Source: Heterodontus francisci (Eukaryota). Taken from it: a DNA stretch of 64,000 bases. The stretch covers positions 130,309,593-130,373,592 of the forward strand of contig NC_090378.1 of NCBI RefSeq assembly GCF_036365525.1, read 5' to 3'. Positions 27,189-38,183 of this stretch are shown here, piece by piece (the stretch's first letter is position 1; each line of letters begins with the position of its first letter). The notes beneath the pieces were generated by a model, which was not told where the DNA came from, searched no databases, and saw only the letters and a program-made list of their open reading frames with translations. A program made the position numbers and the translations under genes.

Positions 27189-27210
27189 GAGGGAGAGAGA
27201 GAGAGAGAGG
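27189..27210. repeat. (GA)n microsatellite
   Basis: GAGGGAGAGAGAGAGAGAGAGG. Confidence 0.8.
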
Positions 27211-28154
27211 ATGAGCAGAAAATCACCGGGTTAATGCTGGATGGAGACACTAACCTCGGGACATCAGCAGTTGGATTCCTGCCTGCTTCAGCCTCTCGCA
27301 TCTGCTGTGACTGGAAGGCTGCTGGCTACTGTGTCCAATTCTGGACTAGTTCTATCAGGGCCCTGGCACTTAAATTACCAACAAATCAGACCCACACTTT
27401 CACCTCACACTCGCAGCTCAGATCTGTTCCAATGTCATGGCCTAGGCAACTCCAGGGAGTCAATCAATCAAATCAATATAGGTCAGATACTGAGAAAACA
27501 GCCTTTCTGAGAAACTTTCCTGTATTAACAGCATGATAACTGGAACGAGAATGATATGAGAAAAAAGGAAATGGAGGCAAGAGTGTGTGTCTCAGTGTCA
27601 GCTCCTGTACATGTACAGTACATAGCAGGTAAAAGGGAATGATTCGCTCCTGTCCGGTACAGTACGGCTCGTGTGTGTCTCAGTGTCAGCTCCTGTACAA
27701 GTACAGTACACAGTGGGTAAAAGGGAATGATTCACTCCTGTCCGATACAGTACGGCTCGTGTGTGTCTCAGTGTCAGCTCCTGTACATGTACAGTACACA
27801 GCGGGTAAAAGGGAATGATTCACTCCTGTCCGGTACAGTACGGCTCATGTGTGTCTCAGTGTCAGCTCCTGTACATGTACAGTACACAACGGGTAAAAGG
27901 GAATGATTAACTCCTGTCCGGTACAGTACGGCTCATGTGTGTCTCAGTGTCTGCTCCTGTACATGTACAGTACACAACGGGTAAAAGGGAATGAGTCACT
28001 CCTGTCCGGTACAGTACGGCCCGCGTGTGTCTCAGTGTCAGCTCCTGTACATGTACAGTACACAGCGGGTAAAAGGGAATGATTCACTCCTGTCCGGTAC
28101 AGTACTGCCCGCGTGTGTCTCAGTGTCAGCTCTTGTACATGTACAGTACACAGC

Positions 28155-28514
28155 GGGCGGCACAGTGGCGCAGTGGTTAGCACCGCAGCCTCACAGCTCC
28201 AGCGACCCGGGTTCAATTCTGGGTCCGGGTTCAATTCTGGGTGCTGCCTGTGTGGAGTTTGCAAGTTCTCCCTGTGTCTGCATGGGTTTTCGCCGGGTAC
28301 TCCGGTTTCCTCCCACCACCAAAAGACTTGCAGGTTGATAGGTTAATTGGCCATTATAAATTGCCCCTAATATAGGTAGGTGGTAGGGGAATATAGGGAC
28401 AGGTGGGAATGTGGTAGGACTATGGGATTAGTGTAGGATTAGTATAAATGGGAGGTTGATGGTCTGCACAGACTCGGTGGGCCGAAGGGCCCGTTTCAGT
28501 GCTGTATCTCTAAA
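28155..28514 (+). mobile_element. Full-length tRNA-derived SINE (HE1/V-SINE-like) with duplicated B box
   Basis: A box TGGCGCAGTGG at 28166-28176; B box GGTTCAATTC twice; V-domain-like core; CR1-like 3' end GGGCCGAAGGGCCCGTTTCAGTGCTGTATCTCTAAA. Confidence 0.92.
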
Positions 28515-28764
28515 TGATTCACTCCTGCCTGGTACAGTACGGCCCGTGTGTGTCTCAGTGTCAGCTCCTGTACATGTACAGGACACAGCGGATAAATGGG
28601 AATGATTCACTCATGCCCGGTACAGTACGGCCCGCGTGTGTCTCAGTGTCAGCTCCTGTATATGTACAGTACACAGTGGGTAAAAGGGAATGATTCACTC
28701 CTGTCTAGTACAGTACGGCCCGCGTGTGTCTCAGTGCCATGTCCTTCACCTCATCTGGCACATT

Positions 28765-28850
28765 CCATAGATGCTGTCAGGCCTGCTGAGTATTTCCAGC
28801 ATTTTCTGTTTTTATTTCAGATTTCCAGCACCCGCAGTACTTTGTTCTTA
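28765..28850. mobile_element. Short interspersed repeat fragment, possibly a Penelope-associated end
   Basis: GATGCTGTCAGGCCTGCTGAGTATTTCCAGCATTTTCTGTTTTTATTTCAGATTTCCAGCA resembles a common elasmobranch repeat; recognised from memory only. Confidence 0.35.
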
Positions 28851-28969
28851 TATCAACAATTCACTCCTGTCTGCTGCTCTACAGCTCGTGTCTCAGTCTC
28901 ATCTCCTGTACAAGTACAGTGGGTGAAAGGGAATGATTCACTCCAGTATGATATCGCCAAACAAAGATA

Positions 28970-30890
28970 CCTTCACTGCTTTCCTCTCTCAGCCTCTGCA
29001 CTGAGCGACTTCTCATCCTCAGTGATTCCAACCTCCATCTCCACTCATCATGTTCTCTCTCCTCTGAGTTCACTGCCCTTTTATCCTCTCTAAATCTCTC
29101 CCTCCATATAAACTCCCCAACTCCATTGGCCTTGCTACCTCACATGGTCTTTCTACTCCCATCTTGTCAATTACAGATAAGATACTTCCTTGTATCGCTC
29201 TCCATCCACTTCTCCCTTCCACACCCAACCTTACCTCCTTCTGTATCCTCCCCAGGTAATAAAATATCCCCCAGTTCACCTACAACTGCACTTTCAAAAT
29301 CTCCATTGTCCAGCCTTTGGCTCTCCGTTTACCACAGCGTTACTGCAGCTACTGGTTTGCTCAACTGTATCCTCACCATCTTTGCCCTTGTCCACAATAA
29401 AACCATTACTCTCTCTCACCCTGGCCATTTCCCCGGTATGGCCCTCATCTCTGCTCCCTCAAGTCTAAGGGACGCAGATTTGAAAGGATATGGTGGGCAA
29501 CTGGTTTAACCATCCACCGCTCGATCTGACTGGACCACATAAAGCACCATCGGGTCCTGTTCTCGTCTGCTAAAACTGCTCACTATTCCAGGATCATCCT
29601 GGGATGCAAAGATAACCTCCGACTTCTTTTCTCTACTGCAAAGCATCGTCTTAAACCCCACTCCTTCACTCTTACCTCCAATAATAAGTGTGAGGAGCTC
29701 ATGGATTTCTTTATCGCTAAGATTGAGACCATCTGATCAGCTGCCTCTGCCGCAACCCTCCCTTCCACTAGTCTATCAGGCTAAACTACCTCTAGAGATC
29801 CCCCCGCCTTAGCCCTGAACTTACATCTTTCTCTAATTTCTCTCTTATTTCCCCTTATACCCTCTCTGAGCTCATCTTGCCCATAAGACCCACCTCCTGC
29901 TCCCTCGATCCTATTGCCAGTAAACTGCAGATCACTCAACATCCCCTCCTGGTCCCCATGTTCGTTGATGTTGTAAATGGTTCTTTCTCTTCAGGTGCTG
30001 TCCCCCTCTCCTTTAAATCTGCCGTCATCACCCCTCTCCTCAAATAAACAACCTGTGAGCCCCACTATCCTTACAAACTACTGTCCCATCTCCAATCTCC
30101 CTTTCCTCTCCAAAGTCCTTGAACGTGTTGTCGCCTCCCAGATCCGTTCCCATCTTTCCCAGAATTCCATGATTGAATCCCTCCAATCTGGTTTCCGTCC
30201 TTGCAACGTTAATGAAACAGCTCTTATCAAAGTCACAAATGCATCCTAAGTGACTGTGACCAAGGTAAACGCTCCCTCCTCGTCCTCCTCGTCCTGTCTG
30301 CAGCCTTTGACACGGTTGACTACACCATCCTTCTCCAACCCCTCTCCACTGTCGTCCAGCTGGGTGGAACTGCTCTCACCTGGTTCATTCTTATCTATCT
30401 AATTGTAGTCAAAAAATAATTGCCTGCAATGATTTCTCTTCCTGCTCCCGCACCGTTACCCCTGGTGTCCCCCAAGAATCTATCCTCGGCCTCTCCCATT
30501 TCTCATCTACATACTGCCCCTCAGCGACATCATCTGAAAGCACAGTGTTAGTTTTCACATGTACACTGATGACACCCAGCTCTATCTCACCACCACCTTT
30601 ACTGTCTCAATTATCAGACTGCTTATCTGACATCCAGTACCGGATGAGCAGGAATTCCCTCTAATTAAATTTTAGAAACACTGAAGCCATTGTCTTCAGA
30701 CCCACTCCAAACTTCATTCCCTAGTAACTGACTCTATCCCTCTCCCTGCTAACTGTCTGAGGCTGAACCAAACTGATCAAAATCCTGCTGTCATATGTGA
30801 CCCTGAGATGAGTTTCTAACCTTTACCCATGCTATCACTAAGACCGACTATTTACACCTCCCTAACATTGCCCAACTGCTCCCCACCTCT
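28970..30890 (+). mobile_element. Degenerate L2 LINE ORF2 (RT)
   Basis: YCPISNLPFLSKVLERVV, QSGFRP..ETALIKVTN, SAAFDTVD, GVPQESILG, YTDDTQLY; many frameshifts. Confidence 0.88.
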
Positions 30891-31340
30891 CTGGAATATC
30901 TTTTAAATCAACAACCTTATTTGGTTGATCAAACTAGGTCATCATAGAAAGATGATGTTATATCTAAAGATGCGACAGAGCAATTGTGAAACTTGATTGG
31001 TCAGTTGAACTGGTTGGGCACTCAGACGAGACCAGATACCAGCTTTAATGTGTTGGAGTTAAGGAAACATCCCAAAGTTGAGAATGTTATAAGGGTGAAT
31101 AAAAAATGAAACCTGGAGAAATACATACTTAAAATCCCATCCTTAGGTGACCCAAAGAACATGAAACTAGTCATTTTTAACAATGCTTCACATGCTAACC
31201 TTCCTGATGGGCATTCCAGTGCAACGGGTTTCACAATACTTCTGCTGGGTGAAAATGGGAGATGCTGTCCTTTACATTGGGAAGCTAAGAAAATAAATAG
31301 GATTGTTAAAAGTACTTTGGGTGCTGAAACATTGGCTGGA
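30890..31340 (+). mobile_element. Ty1/Copia LTR retrotransposon RT-RNase H relic (GalEa-like)
   Basis: LIGQLNWLGTQTRPD (Copia TRPD motif), then RNase H-like NASHANLPDGHSSATG..W.AKKINRIVKSTLGAETLA. Confidence 0.75.
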
Positions 31341-32282
31341 ATTTTACCCCCTCCCCCCCCAAAGAGCAGGCTGGTGGCAGGGAGGGGGGCATAATGGAGT
31401 GGGAGGCTTGGGGTGCATTCCCGACCTTCTCACGCCTCCACCACCATTTTACGTGGTACAGCGGCAAGGGGAAACAGCCCACCCCCAGGCCAATCAAGGC
31501 CCTTAAGTGGCCAATTAACGGCCACTTAAGGGCCTCCACCCACGATCACATAAGAACATAAGAACTAAGAGCAGGAGTAGGCAATTCAGCCCATCGAGCC
31601 TGCTCCGCCATTCAATATGATCATGGCTGATCTCATCTCGGCCTCAACTCCACTTTCCTGCCCATTCTCTATAACCCTTCAACCCATTTCTAGTTAAAAA
31701 TCTGTCTATCTCCTCCTTAAATTTACCGAAAGTCCCGGCATCCACCACACTCTGGGGTAGTGAATTGTAAAGATTCACAATCCTTTGAGAGAAGTGATTT
31801 CTCCTCATCTCTGTTTTAAATCTTTTCCTTTTCCTAAAACTATAACCTCTCATTCTAGATTGCCCCACCAGAGGAAACATCCTCTCTACGTCTACTTTGT
31901 CAATCCCCTTAATCATCTTTTATACCTCAATTAGATCTCCTCTCATTCTTCTAAATCCTAGAGAGTAAAGACCGAAACTGCTCAATCTCTCTTCATAAGA
32001 CAAATCCCTCATCTCTGGAATCAATCTAGTGAACCTCCTCTGAACTGCCTCCAATGCAACTACATCCCTCCTCAAGTGAGGGGACCAAAACTGTACACAA
32101 TATTCTAGGTGCGGTCTCACCAATGCCTTGTATAGTTGCAGCAACACTTTTATATTCTATCCTTGAGCAATAAATGGCAAAATTCCATTTGCCTTCCTTA
32201 TCACCTGCTGTACCTACAAACTAGTATTCTGCGATTCACGCACAAGGACACCCAGATCCCTCTGCACCGAAGCACTCTGAAG

Positions 32283-32619
32283 TTTTTTTTTAGAGATACA
32301 GCACTAAAACAGGCCCGTCGGCCCACCATCAACCACCCATTTATACTAATCCTACATTAATCCCATATTCCTACCACATCCCCACAATTCTCCTACCACC
32401 TACCTATACGAGGGGCAATTTACAATGGGCAATTTACAATGACCAATTTACCTATCAACCTGCAAGTCTTTGGCTGTGGGAGGAAACCAGAGCACCCGGA
32501 GGAAACCCACGCGGTCACAGGGAGAACTTGCAAACTCCACACAGGCAGTACCCGGAATCAAACTCAGGTCGCTGGAGCTGTGAGGCTGCGGTGCTAACCA
32601 CTGCACCACTGTGCCACCC
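32283..32619 (-). mobile_element. Full-length tRNA-derived SINE (HE1/V-SINE-like) inside the CR1
   Basis: Head GGGTGGCACAGTGGTGCAGTGGTTAGCACC on the minus strand; same body and tail as 28155-28514. Confidence 0.92.
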
Positions 32620-33268
32620 ATTGTAAATATTTGGGGCCTGAGGACTGAACCATGTGGCACCCCACTAGTTACATCCTGCCAACCAGAAAAAGACCCATTT
32701 ATCCCGACTCTCTGTTTTCTGTTGGTTAGCCAATCCTCTATCCAAGCTAATAATTTGTCCCTAATCCCATGTGAACTTACCTCGTGTATTAACCTTTTGT
32801 GCGGCACCTTATCAAATGCCTTCTGGAAGTGCAGATATACGACATCTACAGGATCCCCATTATCCACTTTACTTGTTACAGCTTCAAAGAACTCTAGCAA
32901 ATTAGTCAAACATGATTTACCCTTCATAAAACCATGCTGACTCCGCTGGATTGTGTTTTGTCTTTACAATGTCCCAACGACAGATGTTAAACGAACTGGT
33001 CTATAGTTTCCTACTTTCTGCCTCCCTCCCTTTTTGAATAAGGGTGCTATATTAACTTTTTTCCAATCCACTGGAACCTTTCCCGCATCCAGGCAATTTT
33101 GGAATATTATAACCAATGGATCCACGATCTCTACTGCCACTTCCTTTAAAACCCTAGTTATCCTTAACTTCCTTGCTTAGCCATTTTTCACCCTCCTGGA
33201 ATCTTTCTTCCTCTCTGGAATATATTTTAGTTGGAATAAATTGAATATCTCCTTAAACATCTGCCACT

Positions 33269-33421
33269 TGACATCTTGACAATTTTATGAATAGGAAGGG
33301 AATAGAGGGAGATGGGCCCCGGAAGTGCAGAAGGTTTTATTTTAGACAGGCATCAAGATCGGCGCAGGCTTGGAGGGCCGAATGGCCTGTTCCTGTGCTG
33401 TACTGTTCTTTGTTCTTTGTT
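33269..33421 (+). mobile_element. Short CR1 3'-end insertion with (TTCTTTG)n tail
   Basis: GGAGGGCCGAATGGCCTGTTCCTGTGCTGTACTGTTCTTTGTTCTTTG; opposite orientation to the host CR1; possible CACT duplication. Confidence 0.8.
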
Positions 33422-34542
33422 CACTGCTCGTCAACTGTCCTACCTGGTAGTCTTTCTGCCCAGTCCATGAGAGCCAAATCTGTCCTCATGCCTATATAAT
33501 TACCTTTGTTTAACTCTAGAATGCTCGTGTGGACTCTAGCTTCTCGCCCTCAAATTGGGCGATTTTACGGTTGGCAGGTGGGCAGCTGATGCCTCAGAAA
33601 AGTCACTTTATAAAAGTAGGCAGCCTTCTGAGTGACTGGGGGGGGGGGGTTGGGGAGGAGCCTCCTGATCGGGCACCCTGTGCCTGGCGGAAGGCCATCC
33701 CTGATGCCCCAAGTGCCCCCAATGCCTAAAACGCCCCCCAACACCCAATCGACCCACCTTGCCTTGCCAAAGACCGACCGATCGCCCCCGGCTAAGCCCC
33801 AAAACCTACCCGATCTCCAGGGCTCCCTGACATGTTCCTTCTTCAGCTGGATTGCAGTCCCAGCAGTGGCCACCGCTCCTGGTAGCGCTGCTGGGACTAT
33901 GAGCTGCCGGCCCGCTGATTGGCCGGCAACTCCATTCTGTGGGAGGTCCTGCCTGAATTAGGTAGAGGTCCCGCCCAAGACCAATTAAGGGCCTGGGGAC
34001 TGTAAAATGCGGTATGGGTCCCCAGGCCTGCTGAAGGCGGGATCGCTACTGACTTTTCAGTCGGTGGATGGCTCGCATCTGGCTGCCATAAAATTCTGGT
34101 TACTGGCTCTTATGGAGGCAGTGGATATGGGGTTCTATTTGTCAAATATTTTAAGTAAGATAGTAAACCCATTGAATGTTATGTAGATAATCATTCATAG
34201 TGGGATAATGTAAACTCTAGGAAAAGTATGAGTGAGAAAAGGTTATGGATTGAAACAAATGCTGGAGAGAAAGGAAATCTCTCAAATTAACAGGAGTGAA
34301 TGTTGGATAGTTTTACAAAATGTATGAATGAAGAAATTGTTCGGGGTCCGAGAGGAGGGGTGTCTCGTAATGTAATGCTTTGTACAGAATATGGAGGTAT
34401 TGATTTAATTTGTTTTTCAAATTTTGGTTGTACATGTAAACTCTAATTTTTATTTAAAAAGAGAGAAGTGAATCTGTGAACTGTATATTAATTGTGTTTA
34501 ATTGTAGGCTGGTGGTGCACATTAACTAGGGATTCACTTATG

Positions 34543-37500
34543 GGTCATTGCCCGAAAGGTGGACTGAAACACCGCACCAAACAACACGAAAAAAGGAAAG
34601 AAGGTACCAGCCCTTCGCTTTGCAAGCTGGAACGTCAGAACTATGTGTCCTGGCCTGTCAGAAGACCTTACACGATTCTCGGAAGACCGCCATCATTAAC
34701 AACGAGCTCAGTAGACTCAATGTAGACATTGCAGCACTTCAGGAGACACGCCTCCCCGCGAGTGGATCACTAGCAGAGCAAGATTACACCTTCTTCTGGC
34801 AGGGCAGGGATCCTGAAGAACCAAGACAGCATGGAGTGGGCTTCGCCATCAGAAACTCCTTGCTCAGCATGATAGAGCCTCCCTCAAATGGCTCGGAACG
34901 CATACTGTCCATCCGACTGCTCACCACCTCTGGTCCAGTACACCTACTCAGCATCTATGCTCCAACACTCTGCTCCCCACCTGAAGCTAAAGACCAGTTC
35001 TATGAACAACTCCATAACATCATTAGCAGCATCCCCAACACCGAACACCTATTCCTGCTGGGGGACTTTAATGCCAGGGTTGGGGCCGACCATGACTCAT
35101 GGCCCTCCTGCCTTGGGCGCTATGGCGTTGGAAGGATGAATGAGAACGGGCAGAGACTGCTTGAGTTGTGTCCCTATCATAACCTCTGCATCACCAACTC
35201 GTTCTTTCACACTAAACCCTGTCACCAGGTTTCATGGAGGCACCCAAGATCGCGTCGTTGGCACCAGCTAGACCTCATTGTCACAAGGCGAGCCGCCTTA
35301 AACAGTGTTCAAATCACACGCAGCTTCCACAGTGCGGACTGCAACAATGACCACTCCCTGGTGTGCAGCAAGGTTAGACTCAGACCAAAGAAGTTGCATC
35401 ATTCCAAGCAGAAGGGCCACCCGCGCATCAACACGAGCAGAATTTCTCACCCACAGCTGTTACAAAAATTTCTAAATTCACTTGTGTCAGCCCTTCAAAA
35501 CACTCCCACAGGGGATGCTGAGACCAAGCGGGCCCACATCAGAGACGCCATCTATGAGTCAGCTTTGACCACCTATGGCAAAAGTGCGAGGAGAAATGCA
35601 GACTGGTTTCAATCTCATAATGAAGAGCTGGAACCTGTCATAGCCGCTAAGCGCATTGCACTGTTGAACTACAAGAAAGCCCCCAGCGAGTTAACATCCG
35701 TAGCACTTAAAGCAGCCAGAAGCACTGCACAAAGAACAGCCAGGCGCTGCGCAAACGACTACTGGCAACACCTATGCAGTCATATTCAGCTGGCCTCAGA
35801 CACCGGAAACATCAGAGGAATGGATGATGGCATTAAGAGAGCTCTTGGGCCAACCATCAAGAAGATCGCCCCCCTCAAATCTAAATCAGGGGACATAATC
35901 ACTGACCAACGCAAACAGATGGACCGCTGGGTTGAGCACTACCTAGAACTGTACTCCAGGGAGAATGTTGTCACTGAGACTGCCCTCAATGCAGCCCAGC
36001 CTCTACCAGTCATGGATGAGCTGGACATACAGCCAACCAAATCGGAACTCAATGATGCCATTGATTCTCTAGCCAGCGGAAAAACCCCTGGGAAGGACAG
36101 CATTACCCCTGAAATAATCAAGAGTGCCAAGCCTGCTATACTCTCAGCACTACATGAACTGCTATGCCTGTGCTGGGACGAGGGAACAGTACCTCAGCAC
36201 CTGCGCGATGCCAATATCATCACCCTCTATAAAAACAAAGGTGACCGTGGTGACTGCAACCACTACCGTGGAATCTCCCTGCTCAGCATAGTGGGGAAAG
36301 TCTTTGCTCAAGTCGCTCTAAACAGGCTCCAGAAGCTGACCGAGCACATCTACCCTGAGGCACAGTGTGGCTTTCGTGCAGAGAGATCGACCGTTGACAT
36401 GCTGTTCTCCCTTCGTCAGATACAGGAGAAATGCCGTGAACAACAGATGCCCCTCTACATTGCTTTCATTGATCTCACCAAAGCCTTTGACCTCGTCAGC
36501 AGATGTGGTCTCTTCAGACTACTAGAAAAGATTGGATGTCCACCAAAGCTACTAAGTATCATCACCTCATTCCATGACAATATGAAAGGCACAATTCAAC
36601 ATGGTGGCTCCTCAACAGACCCCTTTCCTATCATGAGTGGCGTGAAACAGGGCTGTGTTCTCGCACAAACACTTTTTGGGATTTTCTTCTCCCTGCTGCT
36701 TTCACATGCGTTCAAGTCCTCGGAAGAAGGAATTTTCCTCCACACAAGATCAGGGGGCAGGTTGTTCAATCTTGCCCGTCTAAGAGCGAAGTCCAAAGTA
36801 GGGAAAGTCCTCATCAGGGAACTCCTCTTTGCTGACGATGCTGCTTTAACATCTCACACTGAAGAGTGCCTGCAGAGTCTCATCAACAAGTTTGCGGCTG
36901 CCTGCAATGAATTTGGCCTAACCATCAGCCTCAAGAAAACGAACATCATGGGGCAGGACGTCAGAAATGCTCCATCCATCAATATTGGCGACCACGCTCT
37001 GGAAGTGGTTCAAGAGTTCACCTACCGAGGCTCAACTATCACCAGTAACCTGTCTCTGGATGCAGAAATCAACAAGCGCATGGGAAAGGCTTCCACTGCT
37101 ATGTCCAGACTGGCCAAGAGAGTGTGGGAAAATGGCGCACTGACACGGAACACAAAAGTCCGAGTGTATCAAGCCTGTGTCCTCAGTACCTTGCTCTATG
37201 GCAGTGAGGCCTGGACAACGTATGTCAGCCAAGAGCGACGTCTTAATTCATTCCATCTTCGCTGCCTCCGGAGAATACTTGGCATCAGGTGGCAGGACCG
37301 TATCTCCAACACAGAAGTCCTCGAGGCGGCCAACATCCCCAGCTTATGCACACTACTGAGTCAGCGGCGCTTGAGATGGCTTGGCCATGTGAGCCGCATG
37401 GAAGATGGCGGGATCCCCAAAGACACATTGTACAGCGAGCTCGCCACTGGCATCAGACCCATCGGCCGTCCATGTCTCCGCTTTAAAGACGTCTGCAAAC

Positions 37501-37823
37501 GCGACATGAAATCCTGTGACATTGATCACAAGTCGTGGGAGTCAGTTGCCAGCGTTCGCCAGAGCTGGTGGGCAGCCATAAAGACGGGGCTAAAGTGTGG
37601 CGAATCGAAAAGACTTAGCAGTTGGCAGGAAAAAAGAGAGAAGCGCAAGGGGAGAGCCAACTGTGCAACAGCCCCGACAAACAAATTTTTCTGCAGCACC
37701 TGCGGAAGAGCCTGTCACTCTAGAATTGGCCTTTATAGCCACTCCAGGCGCTACTCCACACACCACTGACCACCTCCAGGAGCTTACCCATTGTCTCTCG
37801 AGATAAGGAGGCCAAAGAAGAAA
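34543..37823 (+). mobile_element. Near-full-length RTE-clade non-LTR retrotransposon flanked by a 32-bp TSD
   Basis: Single APE-RT ORF, very short 3' UTR, AAGAAG-type tail; identical GGTGGTGCACATTAACTAGGGATTCACTTATG at 34511-34542 and 37824-37855. Confidence 0.96.
34568..37769 (+). pseudogene. RTE APE endonuclease / reverse transcriptase ORF with one N-terminal frameshift (~34670)
   Basis: LRFASWNVRTM lies in a different frame from DIAALQETR, IYAPT, GDFNA, DH; RT motifs YRGISLL, QCGFR, FIDLTKAFD, GVKQG, FADD; C-terminal CSTC..H Zn-finger-like motif. Confidence 0.9.
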
Positions 37824-38039
37824 GGTGGTGCACATTAACTAGGGATTCACTTATGCCTGAAGCTGTCATTGTTGGGTTCGGAGGTGCTTGCTTGTAATCA
37901 GTAACTCTGTAAATAAATGCCGATAAAAGTGTGTAAAGTCTGGCTCCAATTAGCTTTCTGGGCTAAAGCAGTTTTGGCCATCTGCCCTAATATTGCCTTA
38001 TGTGACTTGTTTCAAATTTTACTTCATAATACTTCTATG

Positions 38040-38110
38040 TCCTGACTTGGGACATTTTACTGTGTTAAAGACACTACATAAATATAAGTTGTTGTAATTG
38101 TTATTGTTGT
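38040..38110 (+). mobile_element. L2-type 3' tail fragment
   Basis: TTGGGACATTTTACTGTGTTAAAGACACTACATAAATATAAGTTGTTG resembles the 26790-26845 tail. Confidence 0.5.
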
Positions 38111-38118
38111 ACTGTCAG

Positions 38119-38183
38119 GACCCGTGTGTCTCAGTGTCAGCTCCTGTACATGTACAGTATACAGTGGGTAAAGGGAATGATTT
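38119..38183 (+). repeat. Isolated partial monomer of the 88-bp minisatellite
   Basis: CCCGTGTGTCTCAGTGTCAGCTCCTGTACATGTACAGTATACAGTGGGTAAAGGGAATGATT matches the units at 27582-28945. Confidence 0.9.

Larger units (their letters stand above)
27582..28945. repeat. 88-bp minisatellite (~10 copies) containing the palindrome CTGTACATGTACAG; interrupted by a SINE
   Basis: Period 88 (27671, 27759, 27847, 27935); resumes at 28513; diverged copy at 28860-28945. Confidence 0.93.
31549..33554 (-). mobile_element. CR1 LINE (ORF2 fragments, 3' UTR, (TTCTTATG)n tail) with internal deletions and nested inserts
   Basis: GKSCLTNLLEFFE, FQKAFDKVPH, GVPHGSVL, LYKALVRPHLEYCVQFWSP; tail reads ACATAAGAACATAAGAAC on +. 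Confidence 0.93.
31334..34101. mobile_element. GC-rich non-autonomous MITE-like element (31334-31548 + 33555-34101), split by a CR1
   Basis: Imperfect terminal inverted repeats GGCTGGAATTTTAC / ATAAAATTCTGGTT; internal perfect 16-bp hairpin; no credible ORF. Confidence 0.5.

Noticed and set aside
28155-28245. tRNA gene
   Set aside because: The A/B boxes belong to a SINE head continuous with the SINE body and tail; no full cloverleaf
34548-37769. Fully intact, active or domesticated RT gene
   Set aside because: The TTG start is arbitrary, APE motif I is out of frame, conserved residues are substituted, and the TSD shows an ordinary insertion
34100-38040. Possible solo LTR hosting the RTE insertion (AATAAA near 37911)
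   Set aside because: Could not define TG..CA termini, a PBS/PPT or a TSD
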